DNA of 64,000 nucleotides from Lytechinus pictus (GCF_037042905.1 NC_087257.1:5766001-5830000); one strand, 5' to 3'. Counted from the stretch's first letter, positions 23,401 to 37,392 are shown. The notes: generated by a model not told the origin, from the letters alone. Program-made: numbers and translations.

Positions 23401-26400
23401 TTCCAAACTTGATATTTCCCTCCATATTGAACAAGATATGAAAATCACCCAACAGGCAATGTGAGCGCGAAGCGCGAGCGAAAATTTTATATAGTTACAT
23501 TAAATTTTTTTATTACCATGTCTTCCCCTCATCTTACTTTATTCACTCGTCTCCTCCTCTTCTTTTTTTCTACTTTCTTTTCCCTCCTTTTTTTTTTCTT
23601 TTGGCGACGTCGTGAATTTCGTAGTGAATATTCGCGATTTGGTCTATTCTCGATGTCCCTTCAGGGCCACCATACAAATCACATACCCAATATGTCAAAA
23701 GCCATCAATACCAATGAGCAACAGCTGTTCTCACATTTCAAAATGTATTATTGTTGATATATGTATATATATATTTTTTTTCTGCTATTTTTTTTTTACA
23801 ATAAAAAAAAAAGAAGAAATTTATCAGGTATAAGTATATTTCAATTAGATTGTATATCATGCATATGTTATTAATTATATAATTTGCTTATTATGTTATG
23901 CTAAGAAAAAAAAATGATTACACTTTTTTTGGAATGTGGAAATAAATAAATCAAATCAAATCAAATCAAATCATGCACCCCTCCCCCTAAAAAATTATGG
24001 GGGCTGACCGAGGTCACTTAATACATATAAAAGTATTGGGCATGGTATAACGTGTATAAGGAAATGATTGTCCGAATGTTGCTGTATGCAGAAATAGGTC
24101 TATGGTGATCGAGAGAGAAAATACAAAAGTGAGCGAGACAGGAGAGACAAGATTGCTATGGCGTTATCTCAGAACCTATCAATTTCCCTAATCAATGATG
24201 CTTGATAATCTGTCTTATTTCGTCTATGCCTGTAGAAATTATGTAAATTGCTGGATGAAATAATAATAAAAAAAAATCAGAATATAGATTCAGATTCAGA
24301 TTCAGATTTATTTCCAACAGAAATAACATGAATATTGATACAAATCATTTTCATACATTGTAAAAAATATTTGCGATACAAATGATTGTCATTATAACCA
24401 TAGTAAAAAACATCCATGATAATTAACATATAAAGATATATACATAATGTGGTGCATTTCGTAGACAAATAATATATAATTCAAATAGAAAAAAAAGGTA
24501 TGTGTGGAAATAGGAGATTCACTCAAAAGCAAAGCTTGTATAATGTGAACCTCCATCAAGGAAGAGAAAAGAGGAGAGAGATTATAGAGATTATATAGAT
24601 TAATTATTGTAAAACCATCCATTAAACAAATTGAATTGCGTATAAAATTTAGGGCTATTTGCCAGATAAAATTCATGAAGACATATAATATTTAACAAAA
24701 TGCAAGACTTGAAACGATTCCCCACATGCCCCAAGAAAGAAAATACATCCCTACATTACACAATCATTGATGTGATTGCTATTATCCATATTCTTATTCT
24801 CTTATTATTATTATAATTATCATTATTTATATTATTATAATTATTTTTATTACTATTATTATGGTTATCATTTATATTGTTATTATTATTGTTGTTGTTG
24901 TTAGCATCAGTATTGTAATCATCTTCAATGTTATCATCAATGATATCAATTTGTTATCATCAAATATGTTTCTATAATTCTTCTTTTGTTAATTGTTCGA
25001 AGTAGGAGACAGTTCAGAACTGATATTTTTGTAAAATATACCCGTGTTTGAATATGAAATAGAAATTCATCTGGAATTATAAATTTCAGAGATTCCATTT
25101 CATATTCCATTTCATTGCTATACGTTAATTGCAGACAATACTGCCATCACAGTATGAACATGAAGTTTGCAGCTATGAGCCTCTTGATGGGGACAATTTC
25201 AAGTGCCAATTCAGGTTGAAAATAAGCAGTGAAGAACAAGTACAGAAATGGTTGCAAGATTTCAAAAGGGGGACCAATTCTTCGACATGGAAGGTGGCTA
25301 GGACTTATCCAGATGCTGGTAAATTCAACCAATTTAGGGTGAGGTCTGCATCATTATGAATATTGACATGTACATCATCTAGATTGTTTTGTGAAAATCT
25401 GTATGAATAAACTTCGAAGACGATTGTTATTTTTATCAGATTATTTCTACAATTTACCTCATAATTGCATTCCTTGCTCTATCCACCTTTGGAAACTGTC
25501 AAAGATAATCTGAGGAGCGATGCTCAGAAAGCTCACTTGTTTCCATAAATCTATCAATGTTCCAATCGGTCTCACCCACCTTTCCACTCCCCCGTCTCTC
25601 TCTCTCACTCACTCTCATTGTCTGTATCCCCGAATGCTCTACAGCCTTTCTTACTTGAATAGTAATTTTGAACAAGTTTTTGCATTTCATTCATATACAT
25701 GTATCAATAACGAATTAAGATCTTCATACAATAACAATGATATAAATGAACACATTTTTAACGTGACAATCACAAATTATAATGTCAAAGACCGACAGTT
25801 TCATTATAAATAAAGCATGTAAAAGAGTAAGTCGGGTAAAATGCAGGGGCCAGATATGATATGCAAAAGACTGCCTAAAGCAATATAGCAGCCAGGAAAA
25901 TGTAAGAGTCAGTTGTGAATTGAGTAGACCCTATATACTGATTTTTTTTCTTCTACAAAATGACATTCTGGATTAAACAATATAATTTAACAATACTGAA
26001 AGACCTATTAATTTTCCTCTTGATCAATGTTCTTGATTTTTTGTCAGGTCGATTTACGATGCCAACATAACACCAGGTACACCTCGAGACCTGGGAAAAA
26101 AACTAAAAATACATTTTGTCCTGCCTCGGCATTCATCGTGCTCAAACGATTCATAAAGCATTCCAGGTATGAATCGATTAATTTGATGCATAAAGAACGT
26201 TATTATTATCACATTATTAACCAAGTTGCACTGTAAAGATAACCTTCTTGACATTCTTGACAATAGCTAAATTGCATTGTTGATATAAAGTTAAATAAAC
26301 AGTAACTTTAAAAAGACTTTAGTAGAATCAGTACCGGGAGTACACATTTTAGATCACCAGTTAGACATTTTCTTTTTGCCCTCTGCCATTTGAATAAATT

Positions 26401-29400
26401 GACGATTCTATATGATAACTGGCTGCATGCCTTTGATATTTTAATTGCATCGTGTAAATTTTGCTCTATGTTTTAGGTCTAAGGATTCCCACATCGAGAA
26501 AGGACTCTTGTTCATTGTGACCTTGAATTACGCACACAACCATCCCCTGTCATGTGCAGATGCTTTGAGAAGGAATGATGTATCTGAAGCCACGGAGGAG
26601 AAGCTTAGAAGTCTCTTCGAGCATGGTCACTCACCAAGCTCCGCTCTGGACCTGTTGAAGGACGATCTCCCGGAGGAACACGGAGACAATTACATCAACG
26701 CCTCTGCCGATAGGTCCTTGTGCCCCGATGTTCAGTACTGTTACCGGTAAAACTATTTTGTATATATCATAATATAAAAGAACTGGAAAACCTAGATACT
26801 ACGACTAGAAACGGTTAACTCATGCTAATAGTATGGGTTTGTTAGAATTCAGGTTAAATAAATTAATTGCCCCGTTTTAAACAGCCACGAACAAACTGCA
26901 AATTATTTCCAACGGGAATCAGATGTTTGGCAAAGGGAAACATCCGCTGCTAAACATAAATACAACTGATAAATAAGACTGCCTGAAGGTGAAATGGCCC
27001 AAATATATACGTTTCAACCTCAGTCTTGTTTGTTATTGTCACTTGAAGTTCCGTATTTGTCTCCATTTTATTACATATCATTACAGGTTGTATGCTAAAA
27101 TTTTCAAGAAACGATATGGAGCAGCATCCGGTGAAGAGATGTATGCTGACCTTGAAAGAAAGATACATGAACTTAACGAAGAGCAGCACCGGCTATGCGC
27201 CAAAATTAAAGTGACACCTAACAATCAAACAATTGTTGCCATTTGCACCCCTCTTATGAAGAGGGTACATGAAAAGATGAAACATAGTGGCGAGATTATT
27301 TACGTCGATTCAAGCGGGAACTGTGACCGGCACAACAGCCGCATCTTTGTGGTTTTAACACACTCATCTGCTGGCGGCCTTCCACTTGGGATGCTCATAA
27401 CTACGTCAGAATCAATGCCCACAATTCAAGCAGGATTTAGTCTCCTCCAGTCTATCCTACCAGAGAGGGCATTTTTTGGAAGGGGTGCAATGGGGCCGCA
27501 GGTTATCATGACGGACGACTGTAAAGCCCTCCGTCAAGGACTGCATGCAGTGTATCCCCAGTCATCGTTGATCCTGTGTGTTTTTCACCTGCTACAAGCC
27601 CTCTGGAGATGGTTGTGGGACACGCATAACCATATTAGCAAGCAGGATCGTACATACCTCCTTAACACTTTCAAGGAGCTCATTGGTGCCGACAACTCTT
27701 TAGATTTAGAAAGCCGGTTTCAACAGATTCAGGAAGACAAAGTAGTTGCAAGGTATCAACAATTCAAGGAGCACTTAGCAGAGATCTTCGCGAGGCGCAA
27801 TGCTTGGGCTCTTTGTCTCCACCAATCTGCAAACCTGCCTCTTCGAGGAAACGTAACGAACAACTTCGTTGAGGATGCCATGCGGGTAATCAAGGAGAAG
27901 ATGTTTAACCGACCCAAAGCCTTCAATGTTACCCAGTTGTTCCACTTCTTGGTTACCCGTTTGACTTCGTACTACGAGCACAGATTGATAGATGTGTCAA
28001 ACAACCAGATGACGAACCCTGCTCAGTCAAAATACAGAAAGGATGTCAAAGACGTCAATGTAGACGGCATAATACATGTATTTTTTTAAAAACAAGAAAC
28101 ACTTTTTATCGATCAGTAGAAGGAATACAATTAACCCAGATTATGTTTTTTGACGAGCATGATGAAGGCAACAGAAGATTGATACAATTACCTGTACAGA
28201 AAGAAATGTAAAACGAGAGACATGCACATTTTGAAGCCACTAATAGGGAGAGAATATTGCACTAAATAGTGTTAACTTTTTCGAATGTGATCAATCCAGT
28301 AATTCCATTTCGTTTGGTATACAACTCATTAAATGCATGAAATAAAGGAAAGGATTTCTATTTTTGACTTAATGTAAACTGTGATTTTTAAATAGAAATG
28401 TTATGAATCGACAGCTTCGTATGATTACAAATTTGTTTAAATAACAACAAATATATAGATTATAAGAGCGTACAGTAGCAAGCGAACCAAAATTTACACA
28501 AATAATTGTATACAGAACATTCAATCAACTAACTAATTGCTTGAAATAAATAGATTGATTTGTTAAATCCACGTGGAAGCGATAAATAGGCCAAAGAGAC
28601 TCCAGCTCCCAGTGGTATTTGGTCCCTAATGCTAATTTCACCATAGTCAGTTTACATGTGCTAGATATCTGTGTTAGATTTTTTCTCGCAATTGGAATAC
28701 TAGTATTTACACAAAGTCCCATGACTTATTTATCATCCTAATCTTATTGTTTCTTGATTACATTTGCTCATTGTGGTGTCTTTTCATTTTCAATTCTGTC
28801 CTACTTAGGAAACTGATTCTACTTACGCTGTACCCAGTGCGCAGTCGGAAGTTGTCTATTATGTCGACACAAACTTGGAAGCATGTACCTGTACCAAGGG
28901 AGGGAGTGGTGGGCCCTGCAAACATCAGTACGCCGTGATGAAGAAGTTCCATGTCACCAATTCGAACTGTCTTCCAGCTACAACGCCGCATCAAAGGAAA
29001 GTTTTTTACCAAATCGCAACGGGTAATTATTAGTATGGCAAACATTCATTTTGAGTAATCAGAACCCGCCTTTTCTCAAATATACCGAGCAGTCGCCCCC
29101 CCCCAAAAAAAAAATGTTTATCCAACAACAGCAAAAATCAAGGGGGAAATATTAAGTATGGTGTTTCTCACCATCTCTCCAGGCTCAAACAGATTAGATA
29201 AATAATAAGAAGCTACTAAAATGATATGGACGGCCATGCATGAATCCTAACGTTCATATTGATATAATGACGATGATGATGATAATAATACAAATAATGA
29301 TATCATAGTGATAATGTAATAATAATAACAATATTATATGTAATATATTATATATATATTGTATATATATTTATATATATATATATATTCTTTATTTTTT

Positions 29401-29940
29401 TCAGGTAGAGTTGATGTACCGGACGAAGGGTTTGCGGACCTTCTCCCTGACGAGCAAGCCGACTTTCTTCCTGACGATGACGACATGATGGTTGCCTCCA
29501 CGTCAAATGTACGGGATACTCAAATCGAAAGACAAGACTCTTTGCACAGAGATCTTCAAAATAACTTTTCTCACAGAGGACAGAGAACGCGCACTAGCAG
29601 CCTTTCAAACAAGCTTGACAATATGTTTGAAACCCTACGTTTCAAACTTGATAATGACGAGGAATCCTTCCACGCTCCGCTCACTAAGTTCGTTGAGCGG
29701 TTTGAGCACATCACTACGGACAGTGCTCTCATATCTGCCTTGTCGACATTTGGCAAGTACAATAGCGGCTTTGCCTTGTCAAAAAATTCTAGCCATGTTG
29801 GCCAAAGGAGAGCGATGCTCACCTCAAAGAAAATCGGTGTGCAACCAACAGCAGTCAGCCGAATGAAGACTACAGGTGGTAGAAGAAGGGCACCTATTAC
29901 TGGACGCCCAGTAAAAGGAACTCAGAAGGAGCATAGTTAA
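20428..29940 (+). CDS. MULE (Mutator-like) DDE transposase with SWIM zinc finger, 7 exons, about 798 aa
   Basis: Phase-compatible GT-AG exons: 20428-20490 (tentative), 25135-25338, 26048-26166, 26477-26746, 27087-28077, 28809-29022, 29405-29940. Motifs HNHPL, YVDSSG (D), MTDD (D), CVFH, TNNFVE (E) and SWIM CTC-x8-CKH. Confidence 0.8.
21135..21487. mobile_element. Foldback MITE with ~15-bp periodic GGTCTAA/TTAGACC repeats
   Basis: GTCTA motifs in the left half and TAGACC motifs in the right half; ends AATTGAAAATAAACC. Confidence 0.6.
21526..23605. mobile_element. Rearranged copies of the hAT-like GCGAAGC element
   Basis: A left-end fragment at 21526-21752 (same orientation as 3036) is followed by an inverted long copy at 21756-23605 that lacks its left TIR. 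Confidence 0.85.
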
Positions 29941-31510
29941 TATGCTCGAGCAAAGAGCTCTGTGAAGAGAGGCGTTCTTTCAAGAAGTCACGATCGTCCA
30001 GCGCCACATTCACTTTCACAATGTGTAGAAAGAAACATGGCATTGGGCATGTTGGGTAAACATTCTTCGTCGTGTTAAGATGACTTGACAAGAAGAGCGC
30101 GAGCGGATCCGGGGGGGGGGGGGGGTGTAGGGTTGTGGGGACTACGTGCCCCCAGCCCACTTAAGGATCTTCATAAAATATTTCAAGAATGGTTGATAAA
30201 TGCTAATTATTCTTTTTTCACTTGTTTTTAAATGTCTTTTCTTTAAAATTTTTGTTTTGACTATAGTTAATAAAACAATCGAATTCTGTGCCCCCTTTTA
30301 GTAAAACCTGCATGGATCTGCCCCCACTTGACACTGCTATTGTAAAAAAAGTTTTGATATTATAGAAAGTTTCAATACTGTTGAGCCTCATTTTTCAAAT
30401 GATTTATTCATGACAGATGACTTAAATCGTTGAGTTATTCTTCACATGTGAGATTCCAGCCCACACAAAAGAGAAAACAATGAATTGAATAAACCCTCAC
30501 AGAAATATAAAGTACACTTATCCATTAATAGAAGAAGGGCCTATGAGCAAAGAAGAATACGATAATCATGATAATAAACACGATAAAAAATTTACAAGCC
30601 GGCAAGCACTGTGCACGGATTATACGCAAATATGACCATTGACAATAGACTTGTGCATAGCTAAGACGGGACCGTTTTTCATAAGACATAAGACATACTT
30701 GACAGAATTATGACAGAAAGTTAATGTAATTATTCGGGGAATTAAATAATCCGATTTAATTCATATCAAGTATATTAATTCAAACCCTTCTTAGGTTTAA
30801 GCTCCATGAAGCTTGTATTTTCTATACGAACTGTAAACGATATAAAAATGATGTATGTAATGATAAGATTCTATTGGATGATTTGAATTTGTGATGAATA
30901 ATTGATTATTATTTTATAAGACCAGCTGAATTAATGGTCGGTCCCTCTTAATGTCTTCTACTACCCCCTCTCTTTATTTTATATTTCCATCACTTTCTCA
31001 GTCTCCCACTTTCAGTCTCTTGTTATCTCTTGATCCCCCTCTCTCTTTCTCTGTTTTTTCCACCAATTTCTATCTCATCTAATTGACATTGCGGCTACGC
31101 TCAAAATATTCCACGTTTCACCATTTTCATCGTATCCATGACAGCTTTTAATTGGGAATCATATCTAACTGCCACTTTATAAGTGACACGCACTATCATC
31201 AATTATCATTTTTTGAAAATCCCTGGATGGCGATTTGACGCAGTTTCATTTTCACGTTTGGATACAAATTATCGATCAATATCTCAAGGGACTGTCTCAC
31301 TCTTTGACTCTGTCGAACACCGAGCAAACGCGATACAAATTGTATTAACTTTGAGAGACGGTCTTTATTTCATAGCCATATACACTTCATTACCGATATC
31401 TCAAGAGTCTACCTCTCACTATTTGAGTTTTTGAATTTTCGAGCTTACACAGTGTAAATTATATTTACTTTGAGAGCAATTCATTTCATCGTAAGATAGA
31501 CGTGGTTACA

Positions 31511-32845
31511 ATGGATGGTAGGCCTACTAATTGGTCAATGCTGATGACGAACCTAACGACGTCCAATGAGTCGAGTACCAGTGAGGACATCGAGGAAATC
31601 GGGTTGGATTTCGATATCAGCAACAACACCGCCGTCAATCTAACCTACTACATTACCTCATTGATCTTTGGTATACCAGGCAATGTTATCATTCTGCGGA
31701 CCTACGCTTGGAAGAAACGGAAGACGAGCACGGACATCCTCATCATGGGCCAAGCCGTCATCGATCTCCTCGCTTGCTCGTTTTCGTTACCTTTCATCGT
31801 CCGGAGCGGTTTCCCTCACCTTACTACGATAGGTTTGTGTCGCTTTGTTTTCTACGCGGAAGAGATGTTTGCGCTGAACGCAGTTCTGATGACCTCCCTA
31901 ATCGGCATCGATCGTTATCTGGCCGTATGTCGTCCCCTCCGACGTCGGTTGACGGTACGAAAGTCGATCGCACTTATCACACTTTGCGTCGTTTTCTCTG
32001 TCTCGATATACCTACCAAGTCCCATTGCGATATCTTTGGTCATGTGGAAGGGAAGAGTAGTTTGCAAGATAGTTTCACTGAATCCTCTAGGCATCGTCTT
32101 ATACGTAATGTTTATTTCACTTGTATTTACCGTGTCGTTTGTTTTGAATAGTATCCTCTACAGCTTGATTTATGTTTTCCTGCAAAAGAGGGCAAAGATT
32201 CACGCCGAGTTGACGGGTGGCACCGAACCCACAAATGCGGTTGCCGCCTCGACCATCGCGAGTTCGCTCGAGTCGAATTCGAGGGCAAATCACGCTGAAG
32301 CAAAAAGTGACATTCCTCACAGCTCGCACGACACTCACATGAAGAACCCATCTCGACCATTACACAATTCGTCGAAATTAGATACAGCAGAGTGTTCAAA
32401 TAATACCAACCAACCACCGTCCATCAACCATGACAGCGATACCCCAGGTTCTTACCTCGCAAAATCCACAACGGAACCCACCAAACAGCACAAGGTGAAA
32501 CTAGATAATAATGCGCCATCAACAACAATAGAGGCAGTTCAGCAAGGTGGCAATCAACGCCCGAATCCGGCAAAGAAGAACAAGAAAGACTTTGGACGAA
32601 AAACAACTCGCATGCTTCTTGTTGTAACCATATTCCTCTTCACCACTTGGATCCCGCAGATTGGGGTTCCGTTCATCCCTTCTTCGGAGATACTTGGAAA
32701 GGATCATCTGAAAACTTTCATCTCCGTTTTCTATAACCTTCGGCTCACCAATCACATTGTCAACTTCTACGTCTACTATTTCGTCAATAGCTCGTTCAGG
32801 AAAGAGGTCAAGGAGTCATTTGCAAAGTACCCGTGCTGCAAGTAA
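31511..32845 (+). CDS. Intronless class A (rhodopsin-like) orphan GPCR, 444 aa
   Basis: Seven hydrophobic segments; GN in TM1, DRY, TWIP and NFYVYY; long Ser/Thr-rich ICL3; N-terminal N-glycosylation sequons. First ATG at 31511. Confidence 0.9.
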   Translation: MDGRPTNWSMLMTNLTTSNESSTSEDIEEIGLDFDISNNTAVNLTYYITSLIFGIPGNVIILRTYAWKKRKTSTDILIMGQAVIDLLACSFSLPFIVRSGFPHLTTIGLCRFVFYAEEMFALNAVLMTSLIGIDRYLAVCRPLRRRLTVRKSIALITLCVVFSVSIYLPSPIAISLVMWKGRVVCKIVSLNPLGIVLYVMFISLVFTVSFVLNSILYSLIYVFLQKRAKIHAELTGGTEPTNAVAASTIASSLESNSRANHAEAKSDIPHSSHDTHMKNPSRPLHNSSKLDTAECSNNTNQPPSINHDSDTPGSYLAKSTTEPTKQHKVKLDNNAPSTTIEAVQQGGNQRPNPAKKNKKDFGRKTTRMLLVVTIFLFTTWIPQIGVPFIPSSEILGKDHLKTFISVFYNLRLTNHIVNFYVYYFVNSSFRKEVKESFAKYPCCK

Positions 32846-33145
32846 ACTGAATAGAAATATGCAGTAAATATACATTATAAAATCATAATTACACTCGTAA
32901 TTGCGCTGACTGTATAGGTTAGGCTTATCTTTGCATTGTAAGAAATATTAATTTGTTTATATCGACCCATTGTTCATGATCCTATGACCTTTGACTTGTG
33001 GAAGTGGTTTGTGGCGTGTGCAGGGAGTAAGAAGTCTCTATAGGGCAACTCCTATCCGGGAGGACAACTCCAATGGGAACACTCACAAAGGGGTTGCCTC
33101 AGTAAGGTGATCTCTGGGGAGACAAATACGTAAAAAGGCCTCCAC

Positions 33146-33422
33146 CAGGGCCCCGTCTTACAAAGAGTTACGATCGATCCAATCAATCGTAACTCTATGG
33201 AAATCCATCAGCATGATCAGTGTCACAATTTTCTCTACAGGAAGTTTGTGAAATGTCCTATGTAAACAAACGAGAACACGCCAAATTGTCAAGAAATCAA
33301 TGAATTTATGGATATACATTCGTATCTAGAACAAATTTTGAACAAACATGCATTTTATAAGTTGACTTTGCTGGCTTTCCATAGTTGCGATTGATCGGAT
33401 CAATCGCAACGCTTTGTAAGAC
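33146..33422. mobile_element. MITE (GGGCCCCGTCTTACAAAG family)
   Basis: Inverted termini; a reverse-oriented family member lies at 63102-63388. Confidence 0.8.
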
Positions 33423-34436
33423 CTCCACCAGGTGAGATGCGTTCTACCGTGAGCGTAGAAAAACAAAAATTGACACCTCGCAATTTCCCAATTTAAGGAA
33501 AAGAATGCCACGAACACATAATTATTATATATGACCTAAAAGAGTATGTTCACCCAAATAAGTTGCTGCCATATAAATGTGGTACATGTTAACGTTTGGA
33601 TGACCAGGAGAACTATTCTTTGCAGTGATGTAAATTTTGGTTTGCGCACAAATTAAGGCATGGCTGCAATAAATGAATCCAATGTCAATGATGTCATATT
33701 CCTACAAGGGTTGTATCAAATTTCATTTCAAACTACTTTTTTTTTGTAATTTACATTATATTTGTTTAAAAAGGACATTTCATGATCAATTCTAAAGTTA
33801 ATTTCATTGAGAATGGATTAGCAAATATGCTCACTAACTCATGGAGGATTTTGACCACATTGGCGTCTGGATTCATTCATTGCCGTCATGCCTTACTTTG
33901 GCGCAAATCAAAATTTACATCACTGCAAAGAATACCTACTGATTGTCCAAGCGTTAAAACATACAACATAAATATGGTATCAAAATATTTGGGAGAAGAT
34001 ATTCTTTCCAGCCATATATAACAATTATATGTTCATCTATATTTGTCCCCTTGAACTTGGGAGTTGTGAGATGTCAAGTTTGTTTTTACTCACACGGTTT
34101 ATACAAAGATTCAAATTGTATAAGGGCAATAGCTACAATGGCGAGGAAATTCAAAGTAAAAGGCGACAGGACAGGACGTTGATCAAGACTTGGCTTGGTG
34201 ATGACGTAGAGACAAGTAGATGATGATACAGTCACAATGTAAACCGATAGATTGTATGTAATTTGTAACTGTATAGAAATTGGTCGATCTGGAGTCGATT
34301 TCGCCAGTGTATCACTGTGCCATTAGACAAAAAAAAAACGAGACACGGTTTCTTGTCAGGATGCTGTAATGTGGACGTGAACAACAAGTTGATCTGGTAT
34401 ATATAAGGATAATTTTGTTTGTTGGTTTTCGCCATA

Positions 34437-34674
34437 TAGCCACTAACCCGTCTCTGTGGTCTAGTGGTTTAGGCATCGGCGTTCAAAGCTGGGGGCCCGG
34501 GTTCGATTCCCGACAGAGAAATTATCGGCATCATCAATTTTTCTAAAGGGCAGATAGCTCTAGTGAACTTTGATTTAAGCTACGCCTACCATTGTTCTCT
34601 TCATTAATTTCTTTCACAATATATTTAAATAAAAAGAGTTGCCAAATCGGTTGAACATGTATAAATTCTCATTT
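34437..34674 (+). mobile_element. tRNA-containing element, locus C (5'-truncated single unit)
   Basis: Cloverleaf at 34450-34521 with GTTCAAA loop. Same 3' end as loci A and B, running into (TA)n. Confidence 0.85.
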
Positions 34675-35566
34675 ATATATATATATATAGATATAGATAT
34701 TTTATAGCGTATAGCGAGGAAGATATGTTCCATAATACTCTATTCCATTCGGGCACTTGTGAAGACACAGTGGGGGAGGGGGAGGGGTGCTAAGAGGTAT
34801 ATAGCCCTCCCTTTTGGTGAGTAAATAAAAAAAAATCGGAAAAAAAGAGAAGAAAGTCATCCAGTCAACTTCGTAACACTTTTCGTAAAACATACAAAAT
34901 AACCAAATCACGCCCCACGCCTTACGATATACCGTCATGCATGTAAGAAAAAAAAAAAGGTTTGTACTGTTGAAGTTAGCAAAATTTGACATGATTGTTC
35001 GGTCGGTATGATCCCTGGCACATCTTTCCTACCCTTTGCGGTCACTTATATTCCAAAACAGGGTCCTTGTTTGTGACTCCATATGCCACGTTACTGGAGG
35101 AAATGTGTATAAATCATCTTCCTCGAAAGGTTACTAGCTTCTTTTGTATTAAATATTAAGGGTATAATAATCCTAATTATGCTTACAAAAGTCAGCTGTG
35201 GTCCGTCAAACGAAATTCAAAGATGTCATCGAATTATCAACGAAATAATTTGAGGCAGTTTAGCACGCATTATTCTGTAATCATGAAAATTGCAATTCCC
35301 GATAATATTTTTTAGGATTAAAAATGGTTTAGATAGAATAAAAAAATAAACTCCTAGTGGTCTTTGATTTGTTAAGTGTTTCAATTGTGACAATCATGAA
35401 AGAGGAGGTGAAGTAGGCTCCACCTAAACACTATGGACATTTTTTTTAATTAGGGTTCATACATGTATTTATTGTAGTATAAATTACGATACGTATTCGG
35501 TTAGTTATCAGAAAACTTTTTGTTGTTGTTTCATCTTTTTGTAGGATTTTGATAGGTTTAATAGTT

Positions 35567-35845
35567 ATAATAATAATAATAATAATATAGGGTATTTATA
35601 TTGCGCACATATCCACCTTGTAATTAGGTGCTCAAGGCGCTCCTATATTACCCGGCTAAGCTAGGCGTTCATAGCGCACACAGCTTTTTAAGGAATTACT
35701 TCCTACCGGTACCCATTTACCTCACCTGGGTTGAGTGCAGCATATTGTGGATCAGTTTCTTGCTGAAGGAAATTACGCCATGGCTGGGATTCGAACCCAC
35801 GACCCTCTGTTTCAAAGTCCGAAGACTAATCCACTGGGCCACAAG
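35567..35845 (-). mobile_element. tRNA-derived SINE with L2-like (ATT)n tail
   Basis: Head TGGCCCAGTGG...GGTTCGAATCC, central CCCAGGTGAGGTAAATGGGTACC and an (ATT)n tail. Confidence 0.85.
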
Positions 35846-37392
35846 TTATTGACTTGATGCTTTTATGAAATTATGTTTACAATCTTTTCTTCAGTGTTGA
35901 TTATTACATGAAGTATTCGATTATCATAATGTCATGTAAAATATGTTTTGGGTCATTTTCGTGGCACTCAATAGATGAAGATACTTAAAGCCCAAGTAAT
36001 CCCTTCTTGTATGCCCTATGGAAAATGACCTCTTGATTTCAAATGTTACTTGTATATTCAATAATATCTGATGATTATTTTTATTGTAATTCATGTTCAA
36101 TTCAGTTTTGTACTGCAAGACGTGCTGTCTTTGATAAAAAACATTTTTTTCTTATTTATTCAAAAGATCGATATTCATAGCTCAAGGATACATTTATGAC
36201 TAACTGTCCTTGACTTTTGTGTGACCCCCCCCGAAAAAAAAAAGCCTACAGCATTTTTCACATATTTGAGTTTTGTATTTTTTTTTTATCTGTCCTCAGT
36301 CAATCGCAATTTTTCTTTGGAACTTGCCAGAATGTTTATGTGCATTAGACCGTATTAAGTATCCTGAAAAGTCATAATAATATACATCATACATTTATAT
36401 GTTTTTACTTTGTAACACTTTGCCGTCGGACTTTTGTCATGTATCCATTTCTCACAATGAAATTAGTCAACTTAATTAAACTCTCATTTTATTACAAACA
36501 GCTAAAATAAACACTTACATGCCGAAAGATTTTGAGGATTCTGTATAGCCTTTCAAATTTCTTATTAACAGTATATCAATTTGTAATCAATTTTCTTCAA
36601 TATGATTTTAATTGAAAAAAAAATTATGAGGTTTTTCTGCTGAAACTTAATTTTTCCCAAGGATTTTTTTCTCACACTTTTCGAAGAAAGACGTATTCCA
36701 TGTTTAAAATACACTTCTCTCTCAATTGGAGTCCTCCATTTTCTAATGTGCGATTTGTATTCAATTATCGTATAAAAATGATCACCATAGCTAATTCATG
36801 TTTTTCTATTACTTTCTTTTATAAACCTATGAAACCTCACCTGAGCGTATAATCTGAATTATTTACACCTGAGAAGTCACCAAATTGCCTGTGGTTAATC
36901 AATAATTCATTTGATATCATTCGAAATGCAACGACTGACATTTATCTCAACAGATATCTAATATCCATCTCTATGGCAATGATGTACTCGTTCAGGAAAT
37001 TCGCTCCTTAAAAAAAATCAATTATAGAAAATAACGGGGCACATGCAGACCTTTTAACATAATTAATTTATAAATGGTTGGGGCATGGAGAGACAAGCAA
37101 GGTGAGAAAGAATATGCTCGCATTAACAAAGCACAGAGGAGGAGGAAGGAAAGATGTGTGTTGTACGTGACGTCCGAATGCTGGTGGTGGTAATTGTGGG
37201 ATGAGTGTGTGGAATGAAAGGGGGGATGGTTAGACCGATCGCAAACATGGCAAATGAGACAGAGATGAGAGAGACAGAGAGAGAGAGAGAAGGGGGGGGG
37301 GGGGGAGAGAGGGGAATGAGTATGTCTTTACTTATGTGTGAGATGATATTGCATGTGTGTGAGAAATGAGGGGAGTGTGAGTGTGTGTGTTC

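Larger units (their letters stand above)
20945..23674. mobile_element. IS3EU-like non-autonomous TIR element carrying nested insertions
   Basis: TIRs of about 60-70 bp starting TATGGTGGCCCTGAAGGGACATCG. Exact 6-bp TSD CAAATC at 20939-20944 and 23675-23680. TAY..RTA termini with a 6-bp TSD match IS3EU. Confidence 0.75.

Noticed and set aside
21930-23480. CRISPR-like repeat-spacer appearance of GCGAGCGCGAAGCGCGAGC motifs
   Set aside because: Repeats are degenerate, spacers are about 80-100 bp and mutually similar, the array is inside a TIR element, there are no cas genes, and the DNA is eukaryotic.
33000-33145. GC-richer segment that might be a structured RNA or retroelement end
   Set aside because: No ribozyme core or promoter boxes could be verified by eye.
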